Made by a program: the position numbers and the translations under genes. Positions 28,171 through 42,451 of a stretch of 64,000 nucleotides of DNA are shown here, in pieces. Source of the DNA: Eledone cirrhosa (Eukaryota). The notes beneath the pieces are model-generated. The model worked only from the letters and a program-made list of their open reading frames with translations, made no database searches and was not told where the DNA came from. How positions within the stretch are numbered: the first letter of the stretch is position 1; each line of letters opens with the position of its first letter. Where the stretch lies: assembly GCA_964016885.1 (NCBI GenBank), contig OZ024762.1, forward strand, positions 17,236,001 to 17,300,000. Reading direction: 5' to 3'.

Positions 28171-29757
28171 TAGAGTAAAGGCTTTAGTTTTTCGTGTGAT
28201 GCAGCCATAGTTCTGTTTTGTAAGTTTCAAGAATATTTTTCTAATGAGGTGTCATGTGGTACAGGACGTTAAAATTAAAGTCTCTTTCATTTTTTCTTTC
28301 TCCTACTCTACAGAAATGTAGGGCGGCGCTAAGAGACGGAGTCGTCAGATTGTCATGACGGCGGGGTTATTTTTTATTGGTTTGTTAAGGAGCAATAAGT
28401 TCTCGTTTGATGAGAAGAGGGGAGTCCAGCCAGTACTTTGTTTTGGGTCCCAAGAACTAAGAAAGCCCCACAGCAACCATGAAACCTCCATTTTGAGAAA
28501 AATCTTTGCCTACTTCAAGCCCCAAAGTGGTTTTATATCTCCTTGCAAAATTTCTCTTGGCGGCCATGATGAAAAACATCAGTTAAGTAGAGAAAGAGGG
28601 TCTCAATCACTAACAATCGCTAACAATCATTCACAATCATGAAAAAAGAAAATTTGAAAAAGGCAACAACAAAAACGAAACAATCCATGCAGATTGCTAA
28701 AGGGAGATAATAGAGTGAAACATTAATAAAGGGAGATAATAGAAAGAGTGCGAGTGCGACTCGTGAAGGAAAACTAGGAAATTGTCTAAGAAATAACTAT
28801 ACACCATATATGGAGCTTTAAGATGAGAATGGATGTTGCAAGACAAATGTGTGTGTGTGTGTGTGTAGAGAGAGAGAGGTAGATAGAAAGAAATGTTTGT
28901 GTATATATATATATACACATTTACATCTCTCTCTATATATATATATAGATGTGTATGTGTATATATATATTTATATTCATATATATATAAATGAGTATAT
29001 ATACAGTATATGTACTTTTGTGTGTGTATATATATATATATGAGTATATATACAGTATATGTACTTTTGTATGTATATATATATATATGAGTATATATAC
29101 AGTATATGTACTTTTGAATGTATATATATATAAATGAGTATATATATCTATCTATCTATATATATATGTATATATATATAAATGAACATATATGTGTGTG
29201 TGTGTTAGGTTGAAATAAATGGACGCAAACTTAAAAGAATAAAAGAGAAGGCTAAGTGGAAGATTACAGGAAAAAGTATATTAAAAAAAAGAATGTATGA
29301 AGAGGTCGACATTGACATAAGGTAGAAACTGTCCGAAGTTTCGGTGCTTTTGACAATAAATCACAACAGTGAAGAACACGATAAAAAAAATGGCAAATCC
29401 AAAAAAAAAAAAAAAAAAACTTACACTAGAGTTCTTTTTTCTCAAATTATTCAGAAATCAGGGCGACTCTATAAATTTAAAAACGGGGCAAACCGCCCAC
29501 TTGAAAACATGATGAGAATGTTGGTTAGTGGAAATGTAAGAGAGATGAGTGGAAAGGAGGCTTGATGGTGAATAAATAAAAATAAAAAGATTTTATAGAA
29601 GTGTAAGGAAATGACATTTAGAAAATAACTGTGAAAACAATCGACTGCTGAAAATGATCGTAGCATGGAGCAGTGAGTCCCCCAAAGAGGGTCCCGTGGA
29701 ACCCAAGGGATCTGCAAAGGAATGTTTGGGGTTCTGTAAAAAGACACATACCGACAG

Positions 29758-29830
<73 letters not shown>

Positions 29831-29860
29831 TATGTTTATATATATATATATATATTTATT

Positions 29861-29965
<105 letters not shown>

Positions 29966-30024
29966 ATATATATATACACATACAAAGTGTTAAAACGATC
30001 AAATTTTAGTTTAGAACATTTATT

Positions 30025-30071
30025 TGCTGACAATTGTTTCTTCCAGAGGGAAGTCTGGAATCATCGGAGCA
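30025..30071 (-). ncRNA. Hammerhead motif with U4C core change
   Basis: Minus: TGCT-CCGATGA-TTCCAGA CTTCCC TCTGGAA-GAAA-CAATTG-TC-AGCA. Confidence 0.65.
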
Positions 30072-30187
30072 TATGGAATGTCGAAACATGTGACTAAAAT
30101 CCTAGTCATTTAGAACATTTGGGGTACATAATTGTTGTTAAGAGAGAACACCTGCCTGTAAATGTGTTCTCTCAAGCGGTGGGAGGG

Positions 30188-30231
30188 ACCGTCCTGACGA
30201 AGGCCAGTTAAGCCTGAAATGCATAGACGGT
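30188..30231 (+). ncRNA. Minimal type-I hammerhead ribozyme (intact, compact)
   Basis: ACCGTC-CTGACGA-AGGC CAGTTAA GCCT-GAAA-TGCA-TA-GACGGT; predicted cleavage after 30225. Confidence 0.85.
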
Positions 30232-30383
30232 TGTCCCCCTTAATTCTGCTGGACATCACCAGAGGGCGTAAGCCCCCCCCCCGGTGTTTGCCTAGCTACG
30301 GCTTCCTAAAACCGTATATTTCTTTGGAGTTACGAACTATTTATACATATTGTATAAAGCTATGCTTGAAGCGAAATCCTATT

Positions 30384-30436
<53 letters not shown>

Positions 30437-30440
30437 GACA

Positions 30441-30490
<50 letters not shown>

Positions 30491-30637
30491 GATATATATA
30501 TATATTTACATAGACATATATACATATAGACACACTTACACACACATATATACACAGATAAATAGATACACATAGACACATATACATATAAACACACATA
30601 CACACATATATATAGAGAGACACAGACACATACCGTC

Positions 30638-30682
<45 letters not shown>

Positions 30683-30859
30683 GAGAATATGCTCCGAAAT
30701 CATTAGACGTGTCCGTCGAACCTGCGGGTCCAGAATCAGACAGATCCACACAATGATCGCGTCTCGAGCTGTCCGCCGGGGAAACAATTGTAACACAATA
30801 AATTGAGTTCAGAGGCATCACTGATTTTTTCGTTTCCTATTCTATACATACGTATATAC

Positions 30860-30945
<86 letters not shown>

Positions 30946-31158
30946 TAGAAAGTGAGGTTTTTTTTACAAAATGAAAAATAACCGAGGTGTCCTACACGAG
31001 TGAAAGTATAAAGAAAAGAAGATGAAATCGAAAATGCAACTGGAGTCTTATTTAAAAAAAATATATATATTTATTTGGTTCCTTTACCGGTTTCGCAGTT
31101 CTTCTGCTTTTCAAAAGTAGAGTTGAGATGGAGGGTCTGTGGTTTTTCTCACACACAC

Positions 31159-31189
<31 letters not shown>

Positions 31190-31207
31190 ATATATATTAT
31201 ATATATA

Positions 31208-31238
<31 letters not shown>

Positions 31239-31690
31239 ACCAAATGTTAATATGGTTCATTGATTACTCAATGAGTATAGTTTTACAATAGATTCAAAGC
31301 CCTCAACAGTGAAGTTTTCTGGAGTTATTAATATTATTCAAAATATTAATAAAGGAAGACGTTCACATAATCAAAATATATGTCTTATTATATACATTTC
31401 TGAGGTACCGTGCTGTTTTTTCAGTACGTCTTCTCTAACATGAATATTAAAATATTTTAACATTTATGTACTTATGTGTTTATTTATTTCTTCTGTATTT
31501 TCTCATACCCCCCCCCCCCCTTTCGTGATACTTATATCTCACTCCACATCCCTCACTTCATCATATTTAGTTTGTCATGTTATTCCTTCTTGTGGCATAT
31601 AAACATAGAGTTTTGTTGTAATAAATCCCTGCCATGACTGAAACTAAACCATCAAGACAGTTGAGGTATGTCGTACATCAATTTATGTAT

Positions 31691-31750
31691 TTTATCTGAT
31701 GAGGACGTACTGAAAAAACAGCACAGTACCTTCGAAATATATATAATAAA
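31691..31750 (+). ncRNA. Minimal hammerhead motif (family A relative)
   Basis: TTTAT-CTGATGA-GGACGTACTG..CAGTACCTTC-GAAA-TATATA-TA-ATAAA; decayed inverted arm at ~31340-31435. Confidence 0.75.
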
Positions 31751-31947
31751 ACATATATTTTGATTATGTGAATGTATCCATTTATTAATATTTTGAATAA
31801 TATATATATATATATATACAAGGGGTGTAACTTGGAGTTACTGTAAGTTCGATACAGATCGAACCTTGAACTGATCAGTGGCGAAACGCGCGTCACCTAC
31901 CAATAAATGCAATGAAGGAGTAATCAATCGTCCTTGTTATCCTTTCA

Positions 31948-31985
<38 letters not shown>

Positions 31986-32049
31986 GTATATATGTATGTA
32001 TATATATGTGTGTATATATGTATATATATATATATATATATATGTGTGT

Positions 32050-32525
<476 letters not shown>

Positions 32526-32542
32526 AATATATATATAAATAT

Positions 32543-32609
<67 letters not shown>

Positions 32610-32626
32610 AATATATATATAAATAT

Positions 32627-32730
<104 letters not shown>

Positions 32731-33049
32731 ATTACGATCATATAACAGTATTAGACTAAAGGTTTCTGAACCTAAAGAGGTTTCCGCGTTTGAAAAAGTT
32801 TGGGAAATCCTGACATAGAGGTTAGGGTGAGCAAATCTCTTCTGAACGGAAAAGGTCAGAGAAGAAGAGGGAAGTCGCGAGAGAGAGAGGGAGATAGAGA
32901 GAGAGAGAGAGAGAGAAAAGTCAAGAGAGAGAGAGAACGTATAAAAGAATAAATATAAAATATATAAGATCAGGTCGGCTCTTAAACGTTCTTGATCGTC
33001 GAAAGAGACGGAGGTCCTTTCTGTTCCTCTCGGCTCTCAAACCAAATCT

Positions 33050-33378
33050 AAAGCTGGCGAGGGCGGCGGGGCCTCTGCTACAGGGAGAAGGGGGGGGGGG
33101 GGGTAATAAGCAGGCGAGGGCGGCGGGCCCCCTGCTACAGGGGGAGGGGGGGGGGGGGGTAATAAGCTGGCGAGGGCGGCGGGGGTCTCTGCTACAGGGA
33201 GAAGGGGGTAATAAGCTGGCGAGGGCGGCGGGGGTCTCTGCTACAGGGAGAAGGGGGTAATAAGCTGGCGAGAGCGGCGGGGGTCTCTGCTACAGGGAGA
33301 AGGGGGGGGGGGGGGGGTAGTAAGCTGGTGAGGGCGGCGGGGCTCTCTGCTACAGGGAGAAGGAGGGGGGGGGGGGTT
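33050..33378. repeat. G-rich minisatellite (TAATAAGCTGGCGAGGGCGGCGGGGGTCTCTGCTACAGGGAGAA-Gn)
   Basis: Six tandem units with variable poly-G. Confidence 0.9.
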
Positions 33379-33499
33379 AATACATTTGTTTGATTTGGTT
33401 GAGAATAAACCGAATGTAATGTAAAATAAAACTGGCCGTGTTCCATCTCTGTTGAAACCAATTATAGAATTGATCAAATAAATGGAATAGAATTGAAAG

Positions 33500-34130
33500 A
33501 GTGGTGGTAGTAGTGGTGGTGGTGGTGGTGGTGGTGGTGATGGTAGTGGTGGTATGGTGGTGGTAGTGGTGGCGGTGGTGATGGTAATGGTAGTGGTGGT
33601 GGTGGTGGTATGGTTGTGGTATGGTGGTGGTAGTGGTGGCGGTGGTGGTGGTAGTGGTGGTATGGTGGTGGTAGTGGTGGCGGTGGTGATGGTAATGGTA
33701 GTGGTGGTGGTGGTGGTATGGTTGTGGTATGGTGGTGGTAGTGGTGGCGGTGGTGATGGTAATGGTAGTGGTGGTGGTGGTGGTATGGTGGTGGTAGTGG
33801 TGGTGATGATACTGGTGGTAGTGGTAGTGGTGGTGGTGGTGGTGATGGTAGTGGTGGTGGTATGGTGGTGGTAGTGGTGGTGGTGGTAGTGATGGTGGTG
33901 GTAGTGGTGATGGTAGTGGTAGAGGAGGTGGTGGTGGTGGTGGTGGTGGTACTGTGGTGGTGGTATGGTGGTGGTAGTGGTAGTGATGGTGGTGGTAGTG
34001 GTAGTAATGGTGGTGGTGGTGGTGGTAGTGGTGGTACTGTGGTGGTGGTGGTGGTACTGTGATGTAGTGGTGGTGATGGTGGTGAGGTGGTGGCGGTAGT
34101 GGTGCCGGTGGTGGTGGTGGTGTTGGCGGC
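33500..34130. repeat. (GGT/AGT)n microsatellite
   Basis: Direct reading. Confidence 0.95.
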
Positions 34131-34346
34131 ATCGGCGGGCTGTTACCTCAGTGGGGCTGTTACAACATTACACAAAACTATATTATATGGGATATGGGGT
34201 AGGGGTTGAAAAAAAGGGGAGCGATAGATTGGCTGTAATCGGTAGAGCATCAGACAAAATAGTTTTACGGCGACATGGAGTTACGGCCCTTTACGTCCCG
34301 AGTTCAAATCTCGCTGAGGTTAGTTACCTTTCCCTTTCAGCCTTAA

Positions 34347-36138
34347 CCCTTTACCATTTACATTACTCTATATATACTATTGTATTTTCACAGTAAAGGC
34401 TTTACCTCACATAATATCTCACATAACATTTACATTACTCTATATATACTATTGTATTTTCACAGTAAAGGCTTTACCTCACATAATATCTCACATAACA
34501 TTTACATTACTCTATATATACTATTGTATTTTCACAGTAAAGGCTTTACCTCACATAATATCTCACATAACATTTACATTACTCTATATATACTATTGTA
34601 TTTTCACAGTAAAGGCTTTACCTCACATAATATCTCACATAACATTTACATTACTCTATATATACTATTGTATTTTCACAGTAAAGGCTTTACCTCACAT
34701 AATATCTCACATAACATTTACATTACTCTATATATACTATTGTATTTTCACAGTAAAGGCTTTACCTCACATAATATCTCACATAACATTTACATTACTC
34801 TATATATACTATTGTATTTTCACAGTAAAGGCTTTACCTCACATAATACCTCACATAACATTTACATTACTCTATATATACTATTGTATTTTCATGGTAA
34901 AGGCTTTACCTCACATAATATCTCACATAACATTTACATTACTCTATATATACTATTGTATTTTCACAGTAAAGGCTTTACCTCACATAATACCTCACAT
35001 AACATTTACATTACTCTATATATACTATTGTATTTTCATGGTAAAGGCTTTACCTCACATAATATCTCACATAACATTTACATTACTCTATATATACTAT
35101 TGTATTTTCACAGTAAAGGCTTTACCTCACATAATATCTCACATAACATTTACATTACTCTATATATACTATTGTATTTTCACAGTAAAGGCTTTACCTC
35201 ACATAATATCTCACATACCATTTACATTACTCTATATATACTGTTGTATTTTCACAGTAAAGGCTTTACCTCACATAATATCTCACATAACATTTACATT
35301 ACTCTATATATACTATTGTATTTTCACAGTAAAGGCTTTACCTCACATAATATCTCACATAACATTTACATTACTCTATATATACTGTTGTATTTTCACA
35401 GTAAAGGCTTTACCTCACATAATATCTCACATAACATTTACATTACTCTATATATACTATTGTATTTTCACAGTAAAGGCTTTACCTCACATAATATCTC
35501 ACATAACATTTACATTACTCTATATATACTATTGTATTTTCACAGTAAAGGCTTTACCTCACATAATATCTCACATAACATTTACATTACTCTATATATA
35601 CTGTTGTATTTTCACAGTAAAGGCTTTACCTCACATAATATCTCACATAACATTTACATTACTCTATATATACTATTGTATTTTCACAGTAAAGGCTTTA
35701 CCTCACATAATATCTCACATAACATTTACATTACTCTATATATACTATTGTATTTTCACAGTAAAGGCTTTACCTCACATAATATCTCACATAACATTTA
35801 CATTACTCTATATATACTATTGTATTTTCACAGTAAAGGCTTTACCTCACATAATATCTCACATAACATTTACATTACTCTATATATACTATTGTATTTT
35901 CACAGTAAAGGCTTTACCTCACATAATATCTCACATAACATTTACATTACCCTATATATACTATTGTATTTTCACAGTAAAGGCTTTACCTCACATAATA
36001 TCGAATCTATGAGATTTTGAAAGTATTTATTTTGAGAAAATTACCTTAACATGAGTATGAGTGGCCAGTTACAGCCAGTTTGAAGAGAAAGAGGTGAGAG
36101 ATTTCTGGCCGGATATGGCCGGTTTAAATGCTAAAGGG
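34347..36138. mobile_element. piggyBac-like (TTAA) MITE carrying a 72-bp satellite
   Basis: TTAA|CCCTTTACCATTTA ... TAAATGCTAAAGGG|TTAA; ~23 x 72-bp units at 34355-36000; inserted in a SINE head (34218-34342). Confidence 0.8.
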
Positions 36139-36297
36139 TTAAACCTAAGTCTAAAGTCTGTCTTAAGGCTTGTTAGACCGATTCTTATCCCGGTTTCATG
36201 GCATGAAGCGACTGAGAGTACAAGACTCCCCCCAGGACAGGACGACAGTCCATCACAGGGTTAAACTCCCAGATATTACTGGTACTCATTTTCAGCT

Positions 36298-36339
<42 letters not shown>

Positions 36340-36424
36340 CAGCTCACACCTAAGCAGGTTTAGCTGGCCTCCTCCAAGGTATATCTCGTTGGAGGTGTCT
36401 TGGGTAATTTAATGATAGGGACCC

Positions 36425-37252
36425 CAGTCATATCATCTCATTTCTACAGCTGAGTAAACTGGAGCAACGTGAAATAAGGTGTCTTGCTCAAGGAAACAAC
36501 ACATCACCTGGTCCGAGAATTGGACTCACAACCTTTCGATTGCAAGCCCAATGCTCTAACCACTAAGCCATGCGCTTTCAGCTGAGCGTACTGGAGCAAC
36601 GTGAAATGAAATGTTTTGCTCAAGAACACAACACACAAGCTATCCCATTAATCGAACCCTTGACGCTGAAGTATTATGAAATAATGATAAGTCTTCCTGA
36701 AAACAATATTGACATGGTTGGGTAATCATAATAATTGTTTCTACTTTTGGCACAAGGCCAGCAATTACCTCAGTGCATTACTGGTACTTTATTTTATCGA
36801 CCCCGTAAGGATGAAAGGCAAAGCTAACCTAGTCGGGATTTGAACTCAGAACGTAAAAGGCCATAACTCTGTGCTACAAAGCATGGTGTCCGACCCTCTA
36901 CCGATAATGCCAAGTCACCCCCTTAATAATTGTTTCTACTTTTGGCACAAGGCCAGCAATTACCCCAGTGCATTACTGGTACTTTATTTTATCGACCCCC
37001 GTAAGGATGAAAGGCAAAGTTAACCTCGGCGGGATTTGAACTCAGACCGTAAAGGGACGTAACTGTGCTGCAAAGCATGGCGTTTGACCCTCTACCGATA
37101 CTGCCAATCCACTGCCCTCTCGTATGTTATTAATAATTGTTTCTACTTTTGGCACAAGGCCAGCAATTACCCCAGTGCATTACTGGTACTTTATTTTATC
37201 GACCCCGTAAGGATGAAAGGCAAAGTTAACCTCGGCGGGATTTGAACTCAGA
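36425..37252 (-). mobile_element. SINE cluster (family 2 heads, three family 1 copies)
   Basis: Same motifs as the other copies. Confidence 0.8.
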
Positions 37253-37405
37253 TCATAGGTGGAACTAATGGGTAATATTAAATAACACTCGTAGAATTAA
37301 TTCATTACACTCTGTTAAAATTAAACAGGAATTTACTAAAAATAAAATCAATTCTGTTCGATAATAGATATTTATCCTGTGGCTACGTCAACTCTCTCTC
37401 TCGCT

Positions 37406-37438
<33 letters not shown>

Positions 37439-37873
37439 CTACCTTACATACAGGTTATTTCCTTCTATAGAAACTAGAAAAATAATTCCTAACTCTATTA
37501 CCTTACCAAAGAACGACGTACTATTTTAAACATCTCCTCCTCCGCAAGATCGGAACGCTGGCGGCCCGACAGAGGAAGGAGTCACGCGAGGTTGGGTGGC
37601 TGTTGCAGCGGGTGTCGCCGGCCATTGTCCGCGAGAGTGCTTTTGCCGTCTTGTCCGCAGGGCGCAGTAACCTTTACCGCTGCACCCTACGCCCAGAGCC
37701 CAATCAGCCACCCTACCCCTCCTCATTCTTCGTCTTGTCCGCGGGGCACAGCAACCTTTACCGGCCGCACCCCAGGCCCAGAGCCCAATCACCCTCCCCA
37801 TTCTTCTGTGGCCTTAGAGTCCTTGCCATTCCATCCCTTTTTCGGATTTTTTTCTCTTTTTTTCTTTATATTT

Positions 37874-38605
37874 TCCTCACATAATATCTCACATAACATT
37901 TACATTACTCTATATATACTATTGTATTTTCACAGTAAAGGCTTTACCTCACATAATATCTCACATAACATTTACATTACTCTATATATACTATTGTATT
38001 TTCACAGTAAAGGCTTTACCTCACATAATATCTCACATAACATTTACATTACTCTATATATACTATTGTATTTTCACAGTAAAGGCTTTACCTTACATAA
38101 TATCCCACATAACATTTACATTACTCTATATATACTATTGTATTTTCACAGTAAAGGCTTTATCTCACATAATATCTCGCATAACATTTACATTACTCTA
38201 TATATACTATTCTATCTTTATGGTAAAGGCTTTACCTCACATATCTCACAACATTTACATTACTCTATATATACTATTGTATTTTCATGGTAAAGGCTTT
38301 ACCTCATATATCTCACATAATATTTACATTACTCTATATATACTATTGTATTTTCACAGTAAAGGCTTTACCTTACATAATATCTCATAACATTTACATT
38401 ACTCTATATATACTATTGTATTTTCATGGTAAAGGCTTTACCTCACATAATATCTCATATAGTATCGAATCTATGAGATTTTGATATTATTCATTTTGAG
38501 AACAATACCTTAACATTAGTATGAGTGGTCAGTTACAGCCGGTTTGATCAGAAATAGGTGAGAGAAGAATTCTGGCCGGTTACGGCCGGTTTAAATGCTA
38601 AAGGG
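37874..38605. repeat. Second, more diverged 72-bp satellite block with the same right MITE end
   Basis: About 8 units, then TCGAATCTATGAG..TAAATGCTAAAGGG|TTAA. Confidence 0.85.
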
Positions 38606-38829
38606 TTAAACAGTATTTACATGATATATTCCATGGGGGATAAATTTGATGATATTGGATTTTACGACACCTTTTTTTTTTTTCAACTATAGATCGATAT
38701 TGGGGTCGAGAAGAACATTTGAAGTAAGTGGGTTTTGTTTATTAAAAAGAAAAAACTAATTTGTTTCATTTTCATCGTGTTGGACCTAACAGTTTGTATT
38801 TTATATATTTTAATGACTAATAGGTAGGA

Positions 38830-39350
38830 CATAGAGAGATGGACATAAGGACAGACATATAGACATAGAGATGGACAGGGAGACAGGCAGACAAGCAGGT
38901 GGAGACAGAGGGACAGAGAGACAGGCAGACAAGCAGGTGGACATAGAGATGGAGACAGAGAGACAGGCAGACATAGAGATGGAGGCAGAGAGACAGGGAC
39001 AGAGAGACAGGCAGACAAGCAGGTGGACATAGAGATGGAGACAGGGAGATGGAGGCAGGGAGACAGGGACAGAAAGACAGGCAGATTGGCATACAGATGG
39101 AGACAGGGACAGAGAGACAGGCAGACAAGCAGATGGAGACAGACATACACAGATAGACAGATGCAGACAGACATACACAGATAGACAGATGCAGACGGGT
39201 GGATATACACAGACAGACAGATGCAGACGCACACAGATAGATAGACGGGTGGATAGACAGACAGACATACGGACATACAGACAGACGGACGGACACTGAG
39301 AGACAACAAACGGACATACGGAGACATACATAGACAGACAGACAGACAGA
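38830..39350. repeat. GACA/GAGA-rich degenerate minisatellite
   Basis: Direct reading. Confidence 0.85.
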
Positions 39351-39847
39351 CACATGGAACACCTCGTTAGAAATACAGTAGTTTAATTCGGAGAAAAATC
39401 CTTTTAAAAAAAAATGAAAGACACTGGAAAGAAAAGCCCAATATGGCTGAAGACTTGTCATTCAAACTCTTTCCTTCATTCTCCTTCATTCGATCTCTTT
39501 CATTCATCTTTATTCTAAAATGTTCCACGTTCCTCTTTGTCGTCTGCCATGTTATCGTAAAGATTGAAATTTTCTGAACAAGACAGGGTGAAGGATAAAT
39601 TGACTTTCGACAAATTTCCACTAGCTAAGGAGGGATGTCCCCTTGAAAATGTGGGGTCCTTGGTATATATTGCTCGTGTTGCTAGGTTAGTCTGGCAGTT
39701 GATAGATTAGATATATTGTAGAGATGCCGACAGGGTAGACAGATAGATAGACACAGTGTGTAGATGTTGAGAGGATAAATAGATAGATAGATAGATAGAT
39801 AGACACAGTGTGTAGATGTTGAGAGGATAAATAGATAGATAGATATA

Positions 39848-40228
39848 TTTCTTTATTAGCCACAGGGGCACAAAAGAAGGGGACAAATACAAAGGGGGAA
39901 GTTTACATACAATAAAAACGTGTAAAATGCTATCACAGATGGAATTTAAAAGTTAGTCGATTTTCCCCAATAGAGGGAGACAGTTTATATGGGTAACACA
40001 TACCCCCGAAAAAAATGTGCAACCCTCATCTCCAGGAGTACGAAGAGCTTGTACTCCTTTCCTCTCCTCCTCCTTTTCCTCAATCTACAGGCTGATATAG
40101 AGAGAAGGCCCATTCACTCGGGCCATTCTCGCCACTTTCACCCACCTTTCATAAAACTTGCTGGGGTACAGCACCTCTCTCTCCATCCTGATTCTTCTTC
40201 CAAAGTGGTATTTGAAAAAAAGAATCAG
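39848..40228 (-). mobile_element. 3' end of Tx1/L1-like LINE in (GATA)n
   Basis: Minus frame LILFFKYHFGRRIRMEREVLYPSKFYERWVKVARMARVNGPSLYISL*, then 3'UTR with AATAAA. Fragment of the same peptide at ~42635-42700 (+). Confidence 0.65.
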
Positions 40229-40863
40229 TTGTTGATAGATAGATAGATAGATAGATAGACACAGTGTGTAGATGTTGACAGGATAGATAGATAGATAGAG
40301 ATAGTGAAGCTGTTGACTATATATATATATATATATATAGTGTGTGTGTAGATGTTGACTGAATAGAGAGATAGATAGATAGACACAGTGTGTATATGTT
40401 GACTGAATAGATAGATAGATAGATAGATAGACACAGTGTGTAGATGTTGACAGGATAGATAGATAGATAGAGATAGTGAAGCTGTTGACTGGATATATAT
40501 ATATATATATATAGTGTGTAGATGTTGACTGGATAGATACAGTTTACAGATGTTCACTATCTGAACTCCCCATCTCCTGACGAAGAACCTCCGTGCAGAG
40601 CACCGAACACTCCTCCACTCCCCCTAAACATGATACTAATAAGACTTTGTATTTTTGCATCCTTGTTTATTTTGTTGTATTTATTCAACTGTAAATATAT
40701 ATATATATATATACAGTTATATATGCCGATTTACAGTTATATATGCCGATTATTGAGGCGGGTAGGATCGATATAGATCGAACCTTGAGCTGATCAGTGG
40801 CGAAACGCGCGTCACCTATCAATAAATGCAATGAAGGAATAATCAATCGTCCTTTTTATCCTT

Positions 40864-40912
<49 letters not shown>

Positions 40913-41427
40913 ATTTATCGTTGTTGTGGTATAGTATAGCCACTGCATTCGGTAGATTTGTCTTGGTGTCAGTCATTTTATAACTAATGTGATTTATTCT
41001 GGGCGATAATGTTTAGCTTCTCGATACATTGAGTGCTTTCTGATTGCCTCAAACAACTCTATTAGTACCTGTTATATGACAGCTACAACTTCGATTCATA
41101 ACCAATATATATATAGACAAATAGATGGTGTGTAGATATTGACGAAATTTAAAATATTTGGTGTATACCAAGAGCAATAGGACAAGTTTTCTGGTTGTTC
41201 ACGTAATCAGAAGTGTTAAACTATGAAATGAATAGCTAACCAACTTATCTATAATGTATTTGCTTGTAGTGTATTCGGGTCACCCTGGGTTTGTACATGA
41301 GGTACCACGAATCACTCTGTACCCACTCCAACTCTCTAATATATATATTTTCTTTTTGAGAGCGTTCTTTTTTTGTTTCCTATATCCGTTTCTATTTTTT
41401 TAGTTCTATTTAACCTGCCGTCTGTAG

Positions 41428-41925
41428 AATAGGTACACTGTATCCCTGTGTGTATCTGGTTTACAATAGGTACACTGTATCCCTGTGGTTATCTGGTTTA
41501 CAATAGGTACACTGTATCCCAGTGTATATCTGGTTTACAATAGGTACACTGTATCCCTGTGTGTATCTGGTTTACAATAGGTACACTGTATCCCTGTATA
41601 TATCTGGTTTACAATAGGTACACTGTATCCCTGTGTATATCTGGTTTACAATAGGTACACTGTATCCCTGTGTATATCAGGTTTACTATAGGTACACTGT
41701 ATCCCTGTGTATATCTGGTTTACAATAGGTACACTGTATCCCTGTGTATATCTGGTTTACAATAGGTACACTGTGTCATATAAGGGTAACTAAAAGGGTT
41801 GGTTTACAATAAGTACACTGTACCCTGTGTGTCGTAAGTTGTAACTTAAAATGTTGGTGTAGAGTGGGTACACTGTATCCCTGTGTAGTAAGAGGGAACT
41901 AAAAAGGTTAGTTTAGAATAGGTAA
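41428..41925. repeat. 37-bp minisatellite (CTGGTTTACAATAGGTACACTGTATCCCTGTGTATAT)n
   Basis: About 9 clean units, then degenerate units. Confidence 0.9.
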
Positions 41926-42109
41926 GGCGTATCGTGGGTCATTTTAAAACCTGGTGGAGCCATTTCCTCTCCAGGTCTGAATACAGTTGATTTCTTCCAA
42001 AGAAGGACAGAGAAAGAATGAAAGTGAGAAAGAGATGAGGAAGAATCGACTCCAGTATTAGACTGGTACTTTTTGATCGACATCGAATGGATGAAAAGGA
42101 AAGTTGACC

Positions 42110-42154
<45 letters not shown>

Positions 42155-42355
42155 ATAATAATAATAATACATTTGAAGACTAAAATCCAGAGAGGGCTCG
42201 ATAAGGATAGATATATATCAAATATATAAGAACCCTAGAGCAAATATTTATTAAAATAACAGATTAAAGTTTAAGCAAAGAATCGCTGCTTTCACCCTTA
42301 ACGGGATCTCCCGTTAACGGTGAACGCAGCGATTCTTTGCTTAAACTTTAGGTTA

Positions 42356-42451
<96 letters not shown>

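Noticed and set aside
34380-36020. 546-aa repeat protein
   Set aside because: Arises from a 72-bp satellite inside a MITE; no real ATG start or splice context.
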